Positions 11,905 to 28,535 are shown, counted from the first letter of the stretch. The stretch is 64,000 nt of DNA from Octopus vulgaris (GCA_951406725.2 OX597814.1:88660001-88724000); one strand, 5' to 3'. Notes: generated by a model not told the origin, from the letters alone. A program made the numbers and translations.

Positions 11905-13245
11905 GCCTTTGTACAGCTTCTAACGCTGGAGATGTACTACGATGTCAGCTGTTCACTACCAGTGAACTAAGGTAACACATTCCGGAGTATTCGGGCTGTT
12001 CCAATCAGTGCTGTTTTCTGCAAGTGCTCCACCCTTATTGCAGCACCTATTTGTTCCACATACTTCTCGAGATTCTTGCTTACTGTTCCCAGGGCCCCGA
12101 CAATTATTGGTACTACTGCTACCTTTTTCATCGACCACAACAGCTTAACTTCCCAAGCTAACCTGTCATATCCCTCGACATTTCTTTCTTCCTTATCGCA
12201 TACCTTGTTGTCCGCTGGGAATACTATATCTATAGTCCAGCATAGTTTGTTTTCTTTCACAATTAAGACTATATCTGGCTTCCTATTCTCTATCTCATGG
12301 TCGCACTGAATCATAAAGTCCCATAGGATTTTTTCATTTTCATTTTCGACGATGCCTTCGGGTTTGTGGTCGTACCAATCTTTTGCTCCATCAAGTCCAT
12401 ACTTGCTCCATCAAGTCCATTGCAAAGTGTCCAATGTACAACCCTGGTTATATTGTCATGATGTCTCTTATATTGCTTCTGGGCTAGTGGCGTACATTGG
12501 CTGGTAATATGCCATACAGTTTCACCATTTTGTCTTCAGATTCTATACTTATCATTTTCTGTTGTGTTGTCTATTCTGTATTTTATGTAGTTTGTTCTTA
12601 GTGCTTGCTCTTGGGCAGCACAGATTAGAGCCTCCGTTTCTGGTTTTAAATAACTTTTTTAGTCATCCACAGCCATCTTTTTTCTCTGTCTTATTTTTAA
12701 CATCCCTATGAAATTGACCATGCATTCATTTCTTTACCCACCTATTTTCGGTTTCATTCGTTTTCAATTTCTTGTACAGTGCTTTGCAGTCTTTCATCCT
12801 ACACAAGCCTGACCTTCTTCTAATAATAGCGGTTCTGTGGTATTTTTACATACCATGCTATGTCGTTTTCTTCTGCTCTAATGCTGTGTTCGCATCCAAT
12901 AAGTCCTCTTTCTCCTCTTTTTCTTGGTACATACAGTCTGTCTGTGTTACTTTTTGGGTGGTGTGTCCTATATCTAGTTATCAGCTTCCTTGTCTTTCCG
13001 TGTAAGCTGTTTAGTTTGTCTACTGTCCATGCGATTACCCGTGCTCCATATCTAAGGAGTGAAACGGCCCAGGTGTTGATAACTTCAATCTTATCCTGTC
13101 CGTTTAATTTCAACTTTTGATTTTGCCTCTCTTCAATACTAACACACTACACTTTCTCAGTCCGAACTCCATTCTGATATCAGCACTGAAAGTCTACACC
13201 GTATCAACAAGGGAACTGAGTTGGGATTCATCTTTAACATAAAAA
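11905..13245 (-). mobile_element. R4/Dong-clade non-LTR retrotransposon, 5'-truncated and decayed (family 1)
   Basis: Late RT region FSADIRMEFGLRKC; thumb HHPKSNTDRLYVPRKRGERGL; restriction-like endonuclease RKPDIVL...IDI..PAD...PIIVGALG; 3' UTR abuts (TAA)n. Confidence 0.92.
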
Positions 13246-13420
13246 GACATGCTCACCTGGTTAAGGGCCAGCAAATGACAAGCAAATCTGTGGTATTGAG
13301 CAAAATATTTGCTGTAGGCCATCATTTATACCAAGACAAAACAATGTGCATGGTAGCATTTCCAATCAGTTAAGATCAGAAGCCATGAGCGTCACTGCCT
13401 GGATCTGCATCAGGGTATTT
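13246..13420 (-). mobile_element. ~558-bp (TAA)n-targeted non-coding element, 5' part only (copy A)
   Basis: Matches the start of 48275-48832; fused directly to the Dong fragment. Confidence 0.85.
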
Positions 13421-15039
<1,619 letters not shown>

Positions 15040-15054
15040 GTTATTATTATTATT

Positions 15055-15500
15055 GAGTGAGAGAGCAGTTCATGCCATCAAAGTGACACTGGGGTAAAAT
15101 ATACGAAGCCCAATATACCCATCATGACTACCCGTCTGATAAAGGTACACCAGGCATATGCATCACAACCATATGTGCGCGACATGGTGATCTCATATCA
15201 AGATAAACAGCACATGACCTTGCAGGTGGAGCCCAGTTAGAATTTTCTTCAGGTAGAGTAGCCCATCCCGCTCAAACGGTCCCTGAATAAGGGTTGTTTA
15301 AGGATGTTGAAAGAACCACCCATGTTTCCAGAGGTGAATTATTCAAACCCCAAAGAATCCCTCTCAACACATGGCTATGATGCTCCCCCACTACTTCTGC
15401 TCGTGATCAGAGATGCACATATCGTCAGCCACTAAGGAACATGCTCAACTGGTTAAGGTCAAACAACTGACAAGCAAATCTGTGGTATTGAGCAGAATAT
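15055..15500 (-). mobile_element. ~558-bp (TAA)n-targeted element, 5'-truncated (copy B)
   Basis: Homologous to copies C and E; flanked by (TAA)n. Confidence 0.9.
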
Positions 15501-15519
15501 TATTATTATTATTATTGTT

Positions 15520-15551
<32 letters not shown>

Positions 15552-15589
15552 TAATATTTTTCATTATTATCGCTATTATTATTATTATC

Positions 15590-15634
<45 letters not shown>

Positions 15635-16188
15635 GAATGAGAGAGCTGTGTATGACATCAAAGTGACACTGGGGTATAATATACGAAACCCAGTATACCC
15701 ATCATAACTAGCCGTCTGATAAGGGTACACCAGGCACATGCAACACAACAATATGTGCGCGACACAGTGATCTCATATAAAGATAAACAGCACATGACCT
15801 TGCAGGTGGGTCCCAGTTAGAATTTTCTTATGGTCAAGTAACCAATCCTGCTCAAAAGGTCCCCGAATGAGGGTTGTTTAAGGACGTTGAACGAAACACC
15901 CATCTTTCCAGAGGTGAATTATTCAAACTCCAAAGAATCCCTCTCAACACATGACTATGATGCCCTCCCACTACTTCTCCTCGTTATCAGAGATGTACAT
16001 ATCGTCAGACATTAAGAGACATGCTCAACTGGTTAAGGTCAAACAACTGACAAGCAAATCTGTGGTATTGAGCAGAATATTTACTGTAGCCCATCTTTTA
16101 TACCAAGACAAAACAATGTACATGATAACACTTCCAATCAGTGAAGATCAGAAGCCACGAGAGCCACTGCCTGGTGCTACATCAGGGC

Positions 16189-16192
<4 letters not shown>
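15635..16192 (-). mobile_element. ~558-bp (TAA)n-targeted element, full length (copy C)
   Basis: Ends aaatgccctgatg...ctctctcattc, flanked by (TAA)n. Confidence 0.9.
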
Positions 16193-16240
<48 letters not shown>

Positions 16241-16248
16241 AACAACAA

Positions 16249-16302
<54 letters not shown>

Positions 16303-17789
16303 TATTGTTGTTATTATTATGGTCGTATTCAATAAATATGCTTATCAATAATAATATAAGACTTACTAAACCAAAAACATACAGGAGTGAACCTGAGTAA
16401 TCAGTGCCAACTTGACCATATTGAGTGAATATAGATATAACATACAATTACTCTAAAACTGATATTTTAAATGAAATATGGTTCTCACATATAATGCTCA
16501 GAGAATTAATAAATCAGAGATCAACCAGATTAAGGTCAGGTTGTCGGTTCCAGTTTCACCATAACAGGTGGATACAAGCGTAACATACAATTATGTTCGA
16601 GTCTAACTTCTATATAAAGATATGAGTCAGAAATAATCAAAATAATGTCACATAACAACCTAAATATTTCAAGATAAATCAACTAATGGATTTGGCTAAC
16701 TAAAACTAGAAGTAGGATCTCCGTTTTAGGTACACGAATTCAAGTAGGTACTAGATAATTATATAGTTAACAAAATCAACAAAAATAGGATGGCTAATGG
16801 TAAAAAAGTTACGAATAAAGGATGTACTTAGGTAGGACATAATGACACTATAGTAAACCTGATATCACATGCAACGTAATTAAGATAATAGGTACATTGA
16901 ATATGTGACTTAAGATTTATGAGAGCTGAGGTGACGTGTTACGTATTTTGAGATTTTCCCAAACAAAGAGGGCCGGAGAACTAAGATAATCATATAGGAC
17001 GGTAGGAAGGTTGAAACGTTATTATCTAGAAAGGGTTAAATTTCTTATAGTCGACTAGCAGTAGGACGTTTCAATTAAAGTTAATAGGTTAATTTTCCGG
17101 ATTATATTGGTGGGAATGCGGTACATATGTGGACATAGTAAATTATCTCATCTCGTTGGTTAATCATATTTGATTTACCACTAATGTATTCATAAGTTTC
17201 AGATATACACAAATTTCATTTATCATTGCTACTCCTGTATGGTTATGTTTTATGTATAATTGATTGAGCGATCTCATACTCAATATTTTTATCAGTAGGC
17301 ATTCATAGGAAATTAGCTAAATATGTTAAATTAGACTTACGCCTATCTCTAAAGCTATTTTATGGATATTACATCTGGATTTAATCACCTTAAATCCAGA
17401 TGAGCAATCTGATTCATTACGTTACAGCACAATTATATTTTAATATATGTGCATCTACAGGTACATTTCTGTTTTGGATGATTTAGTGTCACAGATGTAA
17501 CTGGTTACATATTACGAAACAGCTGTCAACAGATGAAATACACATATCATCTCTCATTTCTCTTATTTTGGTTAATTATTATATATACAAATATATTATA
17601 TTTTGGAACTCAAATTTACAAATTATAGTTACTATTTTCATATTACCTATCCTCCAGATGGGAAATGTGAACATTGTAGTTGTTTATATATTAATATTTG
17701 AAATATTAATATATGAATACACACGCACACACATATGTGTGTATGTGCACACGTGCATGTATGTTAATAAGCTCCCTTTGAAGCTACGT

Positions 17790-18090
17790 GCTTTCGAGTT
17801 CTATCTCGCTGCAGTGCATCTTGGGCAAGTGTCTTCTACTATAGACCTGGGCCAATTAAAGCCTTATGAATGAATTAGGTAAACAGAAACTGCGTGGAAT
17901 ATCGTCGCATATATGTGTGTGTGTTTGTTTGTGTGAGTGTGCATATGTATAGTGTGAATATGTGAGCATACAAGTGTGCGCGCGAGAAGCATGTGTGTGT
18001 ATCTGTCTCCCACCACTGTTCGACTATCATGGTTTATGTCCCTGTATTTCAGTGTCTCGGCAAAGGATACCGATAGAATAAGTACCATAA
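17790..18090 (+). mobile_element. CORE-type SINE, degraded
   Basis: catcttgggcaagtgtcttctactatag...accgatagaataagtacc. Confidence 0.8.
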
Positions 18091-18484
18091 GTACCTGACG
18101 ATAAATGATAAGAATATCTGCATGTCTATGTGTGTACGTAGGTGCATGCGCGCACAGGTGTGAGTGTATTTTTATGTGTGAGCGTTTGCGCGTGTATGGA
18201 ATAGTATGTCAGTAAAAAATAAAACATTACAAATAACTGTTGACTGGAAGACTTGTTGCTGGTTTAAGATTTACAGCTTAAGTGCTAGCCCTAGGCGCTT
18301 TTGAGTTCATAGCTCTTCATCATTTGGGTTTAGTTTTTACTTACCTTACAAGAAAACTTCGGAGAAGTGTCAGCTAGAGGCAATGGACCACATTTTGCAA
18401 AACGAGTGTGTATCACAGAAGGTACAAAAATACACAGACCACACAGAATACCTAATACAGACGTTAGAAAGGCGTATGAAAGGC

Positions 18485-18534
18485 AGAGAGAGAGAGAGAG
18501 AGACAGAGAGAGAGACAGACAGACAGACAGAGAC

Positions 18535-18595
<61 letters not shown>
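18485..18595. repeat. (GA)n/(GACA)n microsatellite
   Basis: Direct inspection. Confidence 0.95.
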
Positions 18596-18682
18596 AGTAA
18601 AGAATAATAGAGAATGTAAAAATGTTAGAAGGATATTACAAAGGCAAGAGAAATAAGGGTCCATTTCAGCCTGCCATATTCT

Positions 18683-19041
18683 TTTCTACTCTACGCACAA
18701 GGCCCGAAATTTGGGGTGATTAGATCGACCCCAGTAAGCAACTGGTTCTTAATTTATCGACCTCGAAAGGATGAAAGGTAAATTCGACCTCGGCGGAATT
18801 TGAACTCAGAACGTAAAGACAGACGAAATACCTATTTCTTTATTACCCACAAGGGGCTAAACACAGAAGGGACAAACAAGGACAGATAAACGGATTAAGT
18901 CGATTACATCGGCCCCAGTGCGTAACTGGTACTTAATTTATCGACCCCGAAAGGATGAAAGGCAAAGTCGACCTCGGTGGAATTTGAACTCAGAACGTAA
19001 CGGCAGACGAAATACCTCAAAGCATTTCACCCGGCGTGCTA
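18683..19041 (-). mobile_element. Meta-domain-like SINE dimer (one head, two bodies)
   Basis: Two copies of cgaaaggatgaaagg.aaa.tcgacctcgg.ggaatttgaactcagaacgtaa. Confidence 0.9.
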
Positions 19042-19214
19042 ACGTATCTGCCAGCTCACCGATTGCAGTGCACATGCTGTAAATCGATTGAGAAGCTGTC
19101 TCAAGCAGAGAGGTGATACGTATAGTCTAACGAAAACAATACGTTAGAAACATGTCGTTCAGCCAATAACGCATCAGATCAAAGAATAAATCATTAGACA
19201 GCTTCCTGTTAATA

Positions 19215-20132
<918 letters not shown>

Positions 20133-20925
20133 AGACTCATGTAATGCATAAATTTGGTAAGACTGAGCAGTAAAGATATTTACTTAAGCGGGCGCGGAAC
20201 CCAAATTTCTCAATATATCAGTGAAAAACTAAAAGAAATCCATCTCTTGGAGAACTGTGAATCTGAAAGCATTTACGCCTAAGTGTTAACCAGCAAAAAG
20301 ACTACCCTTTCAGTCACAAGTCCCTGGCTATGTTTTTCCCGCGCGCGTGTGGCTTCTATTATCTTTTGCTATTAGGCATACATAACAGCTCCGTAGTAGT
20401 AACTACAGTAAAAATATGCTTGAAGTTAGCCTACTCATTACATACATAACGTACATACATAAAATTTAAAATTCGACAACTATAATGTTAATTATCAGTT
20501 TACAGCTTTGAACTTGCACAAAAAGAATTAAATTCAAAGCAATAAATAGACAAATGGAAACGCTAGTTGTACCCCCAAGAAAGTATAAATTAACTCAAAT
20601 GCCTATTCTTCTCTCGAAATATGATGTTTTGTTCCTAAGTAAGAAAGCAATGTTGTGAGCAATAAATCTGTAAGTTAATACTCGACAGCATTAAAATAAT
20701 AAAACAAAATAGCCAACGAATGTTGTTAACATTCAGTCCTTATCTTTGCAAGTGACTTGTTTTTCTTTTCTGCGTGCGACTTTATTATGACCAACATTAT
20801 TTGTATTCTTTTTTGTTTTCATTTTTTACTCTTTACTTTCAGACCTGTAAAACATGTACGAATCATGCTACACATATGAAAATAATATTTTTGTATAGAG
20901 AGGGATCGGTACTACATTGATATAC

Positions 20926-21160
20926 AAGGCGGTGAGCTTGCAGAAACGCTAGCACTCCGGGCGAAATGCTTTGCGGTATTTCGTCTGCCGTTACATTCTG
21001 AGTTCAAATTCTGCCGAGATCGACTTTGCCTTTCATACTTTCGGGGTCGATAAATTAAGTACCAGTTACGCACTGGGGTCGATATAATCGACTTAATACC
21101 TATGTCTGTCCTTGTTTGTCCCTTCTGTGTTTAGCCCCTTGTGGGTAATAAAGAAATAGG
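20926..21160 (+). mobile_element. Meta-domain-like SINE, full length, with ~18-bp TSD
   Basis: Head aaggcggtgagc..., gcctttcat.ctttcggggtcgataaattaagtaccag. TSD ggtactac(a/t)ttgatatac at 20908-20925 and 21159-21176. Confidence 0.93.
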
Positions 21161-21799
21161 TACTACTTTGATATACGATCTACGTATCATGAAATTGTTT
21201 TGGTATGTGATCTACACTTTATATTGTGATCTACAACAAGAAAAGTTATACTTATCAAGACAAGTAAAAAACCCGTATCGCGTTCGAATGTCTTTTTAAT
21301 AATAAATGTATTAAATAATAAATTTTAATAATAAATGTATTGACGATGAAATTAGTAAACGTGCTTCAAATTTGTTTCATTCTAATTTCTTTTTGATAAT
21401 AAATGTATAAAATGTATAGAAATTTTAAGTGGTGGTGTTGCCAACGTTGGTCTTTATAATAATAAATGGCAGGGGTCAGAGAAGATGGTTGTGATAATAA
21501 TCATGGTGATGGTGCTGGTTAGTGATGCTGGTGGCTATTGCTTGTTTAGTGTTAGTCGTTGTGGTAATGGTGGTGGTGGTGGTGGTGGTGGATATGGTGG
21601 TGGTGGTGGTGGTGGTGGTGGTGGATATGGTGGTGGTGGTGGTAGTAACACTTGTGTGAAATATTCGTAAATTGTTCATAAATTTTAAATGTACATTTGA
21701 ATATATAGAGAATATCAATAATTTTAAGTCCGAAATATCAGATTATAATAGAACTACAAAACACGAGCATTTAGTCTACTTAGGTCATACTCGGTATTT

Positions 21800-22900
21800 T
21801 TTTAGTATAAAATGATAACGCATATTTCTTCTTGTTCGTTAGTGCAAGCAAATAATGGGTTCTGAGCGGAAGCAAAATGCCGAAGGAGAGCTGCAGGTTG
21901 TCTACAGAGAAGACAACTTTGACAAGAGAAATATGTATAAATGGTGGAAAAAGTGTAAAGAAGAGGAAACCAGTACTGAAGACAAACCATGTAGCGGAAG
22001 ACCATCAACAGTGACCATTGACATGAATCGCCAGCGAGTGGACGAATTAATTCGCGTGGACAGATGATTCACAATCCCTGAGCTTGTCGCACAATTGAAC
22101 AGTAGTCACAATGCATTACGGAAGATGGTGTAAGACTTTGGGTATCGGAAGGTGAGTACCACGGCAGCTGACACACGAAGGAGAAAATGGTAAAAGTCTG
22201 TTCTGATCCGAAGGAAGACTTTGAAACCAATGAAGATATGTTTTGCTTTTTTTCTGATTTGGTGACAGGGACAAAACTTGGAAGAACTTCACGATCCAGA
22301 AAGGGAGGCTCAGCCCTTGGAATGGCGTCACACCTCTTTTAGGTTTAAGATCAAGAGTCAGCGATCGGCACAGAAAGTTATGATGGCGGTCTTTGGGATA
22401 ACAAGGTCGTCATTCTCCTTCATTTTCTGGAGCGTTGTACCATAAATATCGAGCGGTAGAATAAGACACTTAAAAAACTTAGGAAAAACTTATGAAGGAA
22501 GTGACCAAACAAGAATCTGAAAACGATCCACATTTAATATGATAATAGATCACACACATCTTTGCCAATAATTCAGGCAATCGGCAAGCTGGATTGGTCA
22601 GTGGTCATCCATCCACCATGCAGCAAAGGTATGGCACCCTCTGGTTTCACATGTGTAGTCTGATGAAGAACAGCTGAAGGGTGAACGATTTGATGGCGCA
22701 GACCAAGTGAAAACGGTTGTAAAGTAGGTGCAACTATACACACCTGGATTTTTTCCAAAGAGGATTCGAAAGCTGAGTTCAGTGATGGCGCAGATGGATC
22801 GCTTGTGATGAAGCTTACGGTATTCATTTGTACTTAGTAGTGTTTCTTGCGTGTACAAATAGATGAACAACTGCTACTGCTAAGTTTAGACTTCCTTGTA
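21800..22900 (+). pseudogene. mariner transposase pseudogene
   Basis: MYKWWKKCKEEETSTEDKPCSGRPST, RVDELIRVDR; degenerate VTGD(E)TW near 22262 and HPP(Y)S..(L)APS(D)FH near 22610. Many stops and frameshifts. Confidence 0.88.
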
Positions 22901-23032
22901 GATTATCATCTACCGTCTGTTTCCAGTAGAGCAGTTAAAGCAACTACTAAGGAGTATTATTAGTTATGAAATACAGAGCAAATGTTGGAGAATATATATT
23001 AGTTAATATTAAAATACTGTATATATTATATA

Positions 23033-23249
23033 TATTAGTTCCTATGTACATCTCCGCATTGTAGTTGTTTGGAACTGGGCACTGGGTGTTCTAAATACAA
23101 CAGGATGCTTAACCACAACGGATCCTGTAACGTAGTGCAATAAAGTATTCCCTGATGATCCGTTGTGATTAAGCATTCAATTGCATTTGAAACATCCAAT
23201 ACTAAGTTCCACACAAACATAATGGTGAAGCGTACGTAAGAAATAATAA
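23033..23249. repeat. Old foldback (~90-bp arms, 32-nt loop) beside a short (TA)n
   Basis: Core atgcttaaccacaacggatc / gatccgttgtgattaagcat; pairing extends outward through ggaact/agttcc and gtac/gtac. Confidence 0.75.
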
Positions 23250-23624
23250 TATAAACTTCTGTTTATCGTAATTTCTCCTACATTTGCTCTGGATATCATA
23301 ATTAGCACTTTGTATACAGGAAGAAACATTCAACTAATCTGTGCAAATTGATCGACCTATATCAGCTAATATAAAAGTTATATCCACTTTTGCACTACCT
23401 TCAAACCGACCCATGTATTACAAAACTATCCAGAATCTTGAAGAGGGCATTGACTTAGTCTGTAAGGTTCAATGATCAGTGGCCACTGACTTCTTGGGAT
23501 TTTCTTATGTGTGTGTTCTGTCACAATTTTTCGTTAAATTTTAAAGTAAACTAAACATTTTTGTTTTGCGCTTGCAGTCTGAATCTATAACATCCTCACA
23601 TCCATCGCCTTTGAGGTAAATAAA

Positions 23625-23674
23625 GAAACAACAATTGTTGCTGTTTTTGTTGTTGTTACTGTTGTTGTTGTTGA

Positions 23675-23738
<64 letters not shown>

Positions 23739-23742
23739 GTTA

Positions 23743-23795
<53 letters not shown>
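23625..23795. repeat. (TTG)n(TTA)n microsatellite
   Basis: Direct inspection. Confidence 0.97.
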
Positions 23796-24277
23796 GAGAG
23801 AGCTGTGCATGCCATATAAGTGACACTGGAGTAAAATATACGAAGCCCAGTATACCCATCATGACTACCCGTCTAATAAGGGTACACCAAGTACATGCAT
23901 CGCAACCATATATGCCCCACATAGTGATCTCATATCAAGATAAACAACGCATGGCTTTGCAGGTGAGGGCCCCAGTTAAAATTTTGCTCAGGTCGAGTAG
24001 CCCATCCCGCTCAAATGGTCCTTGAATAAGGGTTGTTTAAGGATGTTGAACCAAACTACCATGTTTTCAGAGGTGAATTATTCAAAGATTTTCCTCTCAA
24101 AACATGGCTATGATGTTCCACCACTACTTCTCCTCGTGATCAGCGAAGCACATATCGTCAGCCACCAAAGGACATGCTCAAAACATGCACCAAGACAAAA
24201 CATTGTACATGACAACATTTCCAATCAGTAAAGATCAGAAGCCATGAGAGCCAGTGCCTGGTACTGCATCAGGGCAG
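23796..24277 (-). mobile_element. ~558-bp (TAA)n-targeted element with internal deletion (copy D)
   Basis: Both ends match copies C and E; about 75 bp missing near 24180. Confidence 0.9.
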
Positions 24278-24449
24278 TTATCATCATCATCATCATCATC
24301 ATCATGATTATTATTATTATTATTATTATTATTATGCATGTACGTACTACATTAGAGGAAAATAGGAATAACAAAGTGAAATCTTTTGCAAACGTTCTTT
24401 TTGAGCAAACTCTAAATAGAAAACATTTTTGCCGAAAGGGTTAAAGTTT

Positions 24450-25600
24450 GGTAACATTTTGCCCACAAGTGAAACGTCAGTCTACTACAATCCATTACAG
24501 AGATGCGCGTGAAGAGGAAGATAACGTTTGCGTGTTTGCCAATGCCACAGGAGTTTACCTTGTTCAAAGAAAGACTTGGAACAGTCCTGGTAGATATTTT
24601 AAATAAAATCTCTTTTACTGAGAGAGGTGGCTGTATAGTGCCATCTCTGACATCTTTTAAACAGCACGGGATTAATTGTCAGAGACACAATCGTCCATTA
24701 ATTAGTCCTAAATATTTGGAACGAAGAAATACAGGAGTTACCGTAAGCGACACCGATGACGATGTTGACCTTAGGCTGGCCGTCATTTTCGTAGCACAAC
24801 ATAGAAAGGTGGTCAATGTTGAAGTAACTTTTATCGATATGTGGTCGTGTGGGGTTACCATGTACAAAAGTCCCCAATATCAAAAACAAAAACAATATCA
24901 AAACTGTGTCGGGTAGAGTGTACTGAAAAACCTTAAAACTCAGTAACCAATACAAAGGGCCAAGCTGCTTTACATGTGGAAGCAAAAGCCATTTAAGGGT
25001 TTTCTGCTAAGAAAACCTATAAAACAATAACAACAAGAAAAAAATCCTGGGAGCTGTTGGTTCTAAGGCGACACCAGACACAATTCTGGAATCGGAAAGT
25101 AAAAAACAAATTTCTCCGTCTTCATTACGAGGAGCGAACCACAAGAGCCAAGAAACTTCTCTTTCATCTACAATCGGCGAAGAGAACGAGAATAACACTC
25201 AACAGCAGCAGCAGCCAACAACATTTAGAACTAAGAGACGAGGAAGCATGCCACCCTATCCACATATCAAGATATCAAGATAGGCACTTAACGAGAGCTG
25301 AAGGAGATAAGTAAATTTCTTCGGAAAAACGGAAAAAGAACTTAAGAAAACAATATTTAAAAAATACAAAGTGTGAAAAGGTGACATTATGAAAAGGAGA
25401 TATTCTCCGCCGATGAAGAACTCCCTTTATACAGAGATGAGGCCATCTCTTGCGCGAACTAAATGAAATGAAATTCACAACCTTTCACAAGACTAATGCA
25501 GATCTAATAAGCCACTTAATAAGAAATTCACTAGTAATTTCCAATGAAAGTACGGACCGGAAAGGAAATGGAATCTCATTTTAAACAACATATAATAACA
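24450..25600 (+). mobile_element. L1/Tx1-like ORF1 (gag-like) remnant
   Basis: ORF 24503-24916 followed, after a frame break, by the zinc knuckle SCFTCGSKSHLRVFC (CX2CX4HX4C) near 24964-25008 and a low-complexity tail. Homologous to 26650-27470. Confidence 0.6.
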
Positions 25601-25964
25601 ATACATTTCAGATAAACATTATGAAGCGTTATGTCAGTCACCCACAGGATGTGGGTCCTCGTTTCCCGACTATTTCTCCCAAGGGACACCTTACAGAAGG
25701 TTCTGTGATCTACATCTATGAACAATGCAAAAAAGCATCAGAAAGGTTACTTAATCAGGAATATGGGGTACCTTGTTTTCCTTATTGTGCGGTTCATTAT
25801 AATCTTTCTTTCCGTGTAAATATTTGTGTAGTTTTGTTATAAATTTTACATTTATTTAATATTTTTTATGTCTTTCACTTCTCACACAGTCTTTGTAAGC
25901 CCCCTTATCAAAATACGTTGCATTTTTTGTATCTCTCTGAACCCTTCTAGCTAATAAATAGAAA

Positions 25965-26032
<68 letters not shown>

Positions 26033-26649
26033 GAGTTGCATTGTGTGGACGTGTCCCCACTCGCTCTGGTAATTTGGTGAATTATTTTGAATCAAGGCTA
26101 ATGAACATTTTTTCTTAGAATTAATTACAACCACAATGTTCATTTGGACATATGGAATCTACTCTTTATTGATTATCAGGGAGGTAGGCACACTGTCAAT
26201 CCTTTTTTCTTTTTGCATGCTATTTATTTTTCGTCTTCACACATTCATGTTAAATTGGTGTCTTTTCATAGACACGTTGCGTTCGGAATCCAAAGTGGCA
26301 ATAAACAAAGCACCACAATTTGAAAACATAAAACGAAAATAAAATTATCAATTTATTTGTGCAATATAACTTTAGTCTTTAGTATGAACTAAGAGAAAAT
26401 AATATTATTCTAACGACCGAAAACGCTGGTCTCAGTGCCTCGAGCAGTAGTCGTGTTTTCAATAAGCACAACATCACTGACACTCTTCACCAAAAGAAAA
26501 CATTCTTACTACATCGAATTCTAGTGGTACCTCACTGATATTGAGAGTACTACAGAATTTATGAATATAAATCTTTTCTAAGAGAAAATGTAGGGAAAAC
26601 GCATCAAGAAGAGCAGCAACTCTCTGTCTAATGGCTACATACCAGAGCT

Positions 26650-27470
26650 AGAAAAGAAAAAAAATGGGGTGAAATGGAATTTCACAACACCTCTAACATA
26701 GAAATTAAAAAAGACCAAACCGATGTGTGGTGAAAAATCTCCATTAAGCATTTTAGACCTATAGAGCCATCTGTAATTTTTTGGGCTTTTTTTTTGTTTT
26801 GTTTTTGACTAAAACTCAGCTCCGAAAACAGTCGAGATATTGAGAAACGCACCTGTCCATATCCCTTGCTCCGATATTTGAAGCAGAGAAATACAAGAAT
26901 TACCGACTGGGATGTCGGCAATGATATTGGCTCCTGGTTTGTTGTCAGGTTTCTCTCAAAGTTTGGTTGGGTGATCAGAGGTGGTGAGAGACAAAAGTTA
27001 TCACGAGGGATTGATGATTTATAAATTACATGAGCACACAAGTTGCGAGTGCAGAAACAAAGGTTATGAGATTAGTGATACAAAGTAAAAGCCTAACTGA
27101 TACACTTGTGAAAGCAAAGGCCGCTTAAGGTCTTTTTGCCAAGAAGAACTGAAGAAGAAAAGAAAGGAAGGCAATGGAAACAGTAACAATAGTAATAGGC
27201 CCCAGTCTCCATAACATGAGTGGGTACAGACCGAAGATGACAGTCTAAGTAACCTCATACCTTGTTTCAAGAACTAGCGACTAATTAAGCAGTAGGGCCA
27301 TCTCAACTACATATGATGGAGAAGATATCAAACTGGACAAGATTTTCAAACAAGAGAAATTCGAATTGCAAAAGGAGGGAAAAGATCCCTTATAAAGCGA
27401 ATCTCAACCAAATACTACCAGAAGAGACCCTACTGAAGGATTTGAAATTCACAGTTGTTTGAACAAATGA
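26650..27470 (+). mobile_element. Second L1/Tx1-like ORF1 remnant
   Basis: cgatatttgaagcagagaaatacaagaattaccg resembles 24710-24745; degenerate knuckle *YTCESKGRLRSFC near 27097-27140. Confidence 0.55.
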
Positions 27471-27634
27471 ACACGGAATGGAGAATATTATTATATTATT
27501 TATATATTATATTATATTATATATATTATATATTATATATTGTTATATATTATTATTATATTATATTATGATCAAGTGTGATCTATTATAGATGGTCATG
27601 TGCATGGTGAATAGTGAAAATCAAAATACAGAGT

Positions 27635-28535
27635 GAAGGTAGCGAGCTGGCAGAATTGTTGGCACGCTGAGCAAAGTGCTTAGCGGCATTTCGTCCGTCT
27701 TGACGGTTTGTGTTCAAATTACGCTGAGGCCGACTTCCGGGACTTACCCCCTCTTCGGAATTGTTGGCTTTGGGCCAAAATTTGAAATCAATATGTTCCA
27801 GCAAATTCTAAAGTGAATATGCTAACTGCTGTTGTGTTTCGCCATTAGAGAACAACTTTCAGACGGATATGTGTTCATAACAAACTTGATTCATTAGAGT
27901 AAGGGAACTCTGGGATACCCGATGTTCTGATATCCTTGTGTCTCGTCAGCCAAAGTTACCTCGGCCTAATGAATCTAACAAGATTTTGTGGCTCTTCTCT
28001 ATAACTTCAAGCAAAATATTTACTTATAAGTGTTGATATTGGCCAACCTTTTATGTGAAAGGAAAAGTAATTCTCCTATGTCAAAACACAACAGTAATAT
28101 ATTTGCGTTCGAATCTGCAGGAACGTATCATGAATGACCATGCAAGATATCATTTTGATTCTCACTGTTCACCTCGCTCACTGGAATAGGCGCAGGCGTG
28201 GCTGTGTCGTAAGAAGTCGATCTTGTTGAGATGCAGACTCAAAACGTAAAGTAACATAACTAGGTATTCAAGACATTCCATTGAATACTCTACCAGTTTT
28301 GCTAATCATGAGCTATTATACTGCAATATAATATAGCATAAAGGCGGCTAAATGGAAGAATTGTTAGCACGCCAGGCAAAATGCTTAGCGGGTTTCGCCC
28401 AGCTTTACGTTCTGAATCCGAAAACCACCGAAGTCGACTCCGCGTTTCATTTTTTCGGGGCCGTTGGGGTTAATGTAATCGACTTACATCCTACCTCGAA
28501 CTCGCTGGCTTGTGCCAAAATTTGAAATCAATATA
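27635..28535 (+). mobile_element. Degraded Meta-domain-like SINE copies (27635-27795, 28340-28535)
   Basis: gagctggcagaattgtt.gcacg head and tgtgccaaaatttgaaatc tail. Confidence 0.7.

Noticed and set aside
16320-17600. Possible decayed retroelement
   Set aside because: No diagnostic motif could be read with confidence.
24503-24916. 137-aa ORF as a host gene
   Set aside because: Continues through frame breaks into a CCHC knuckle and has a decayed paralog at ~26850; better explained as retroelement ORF1.
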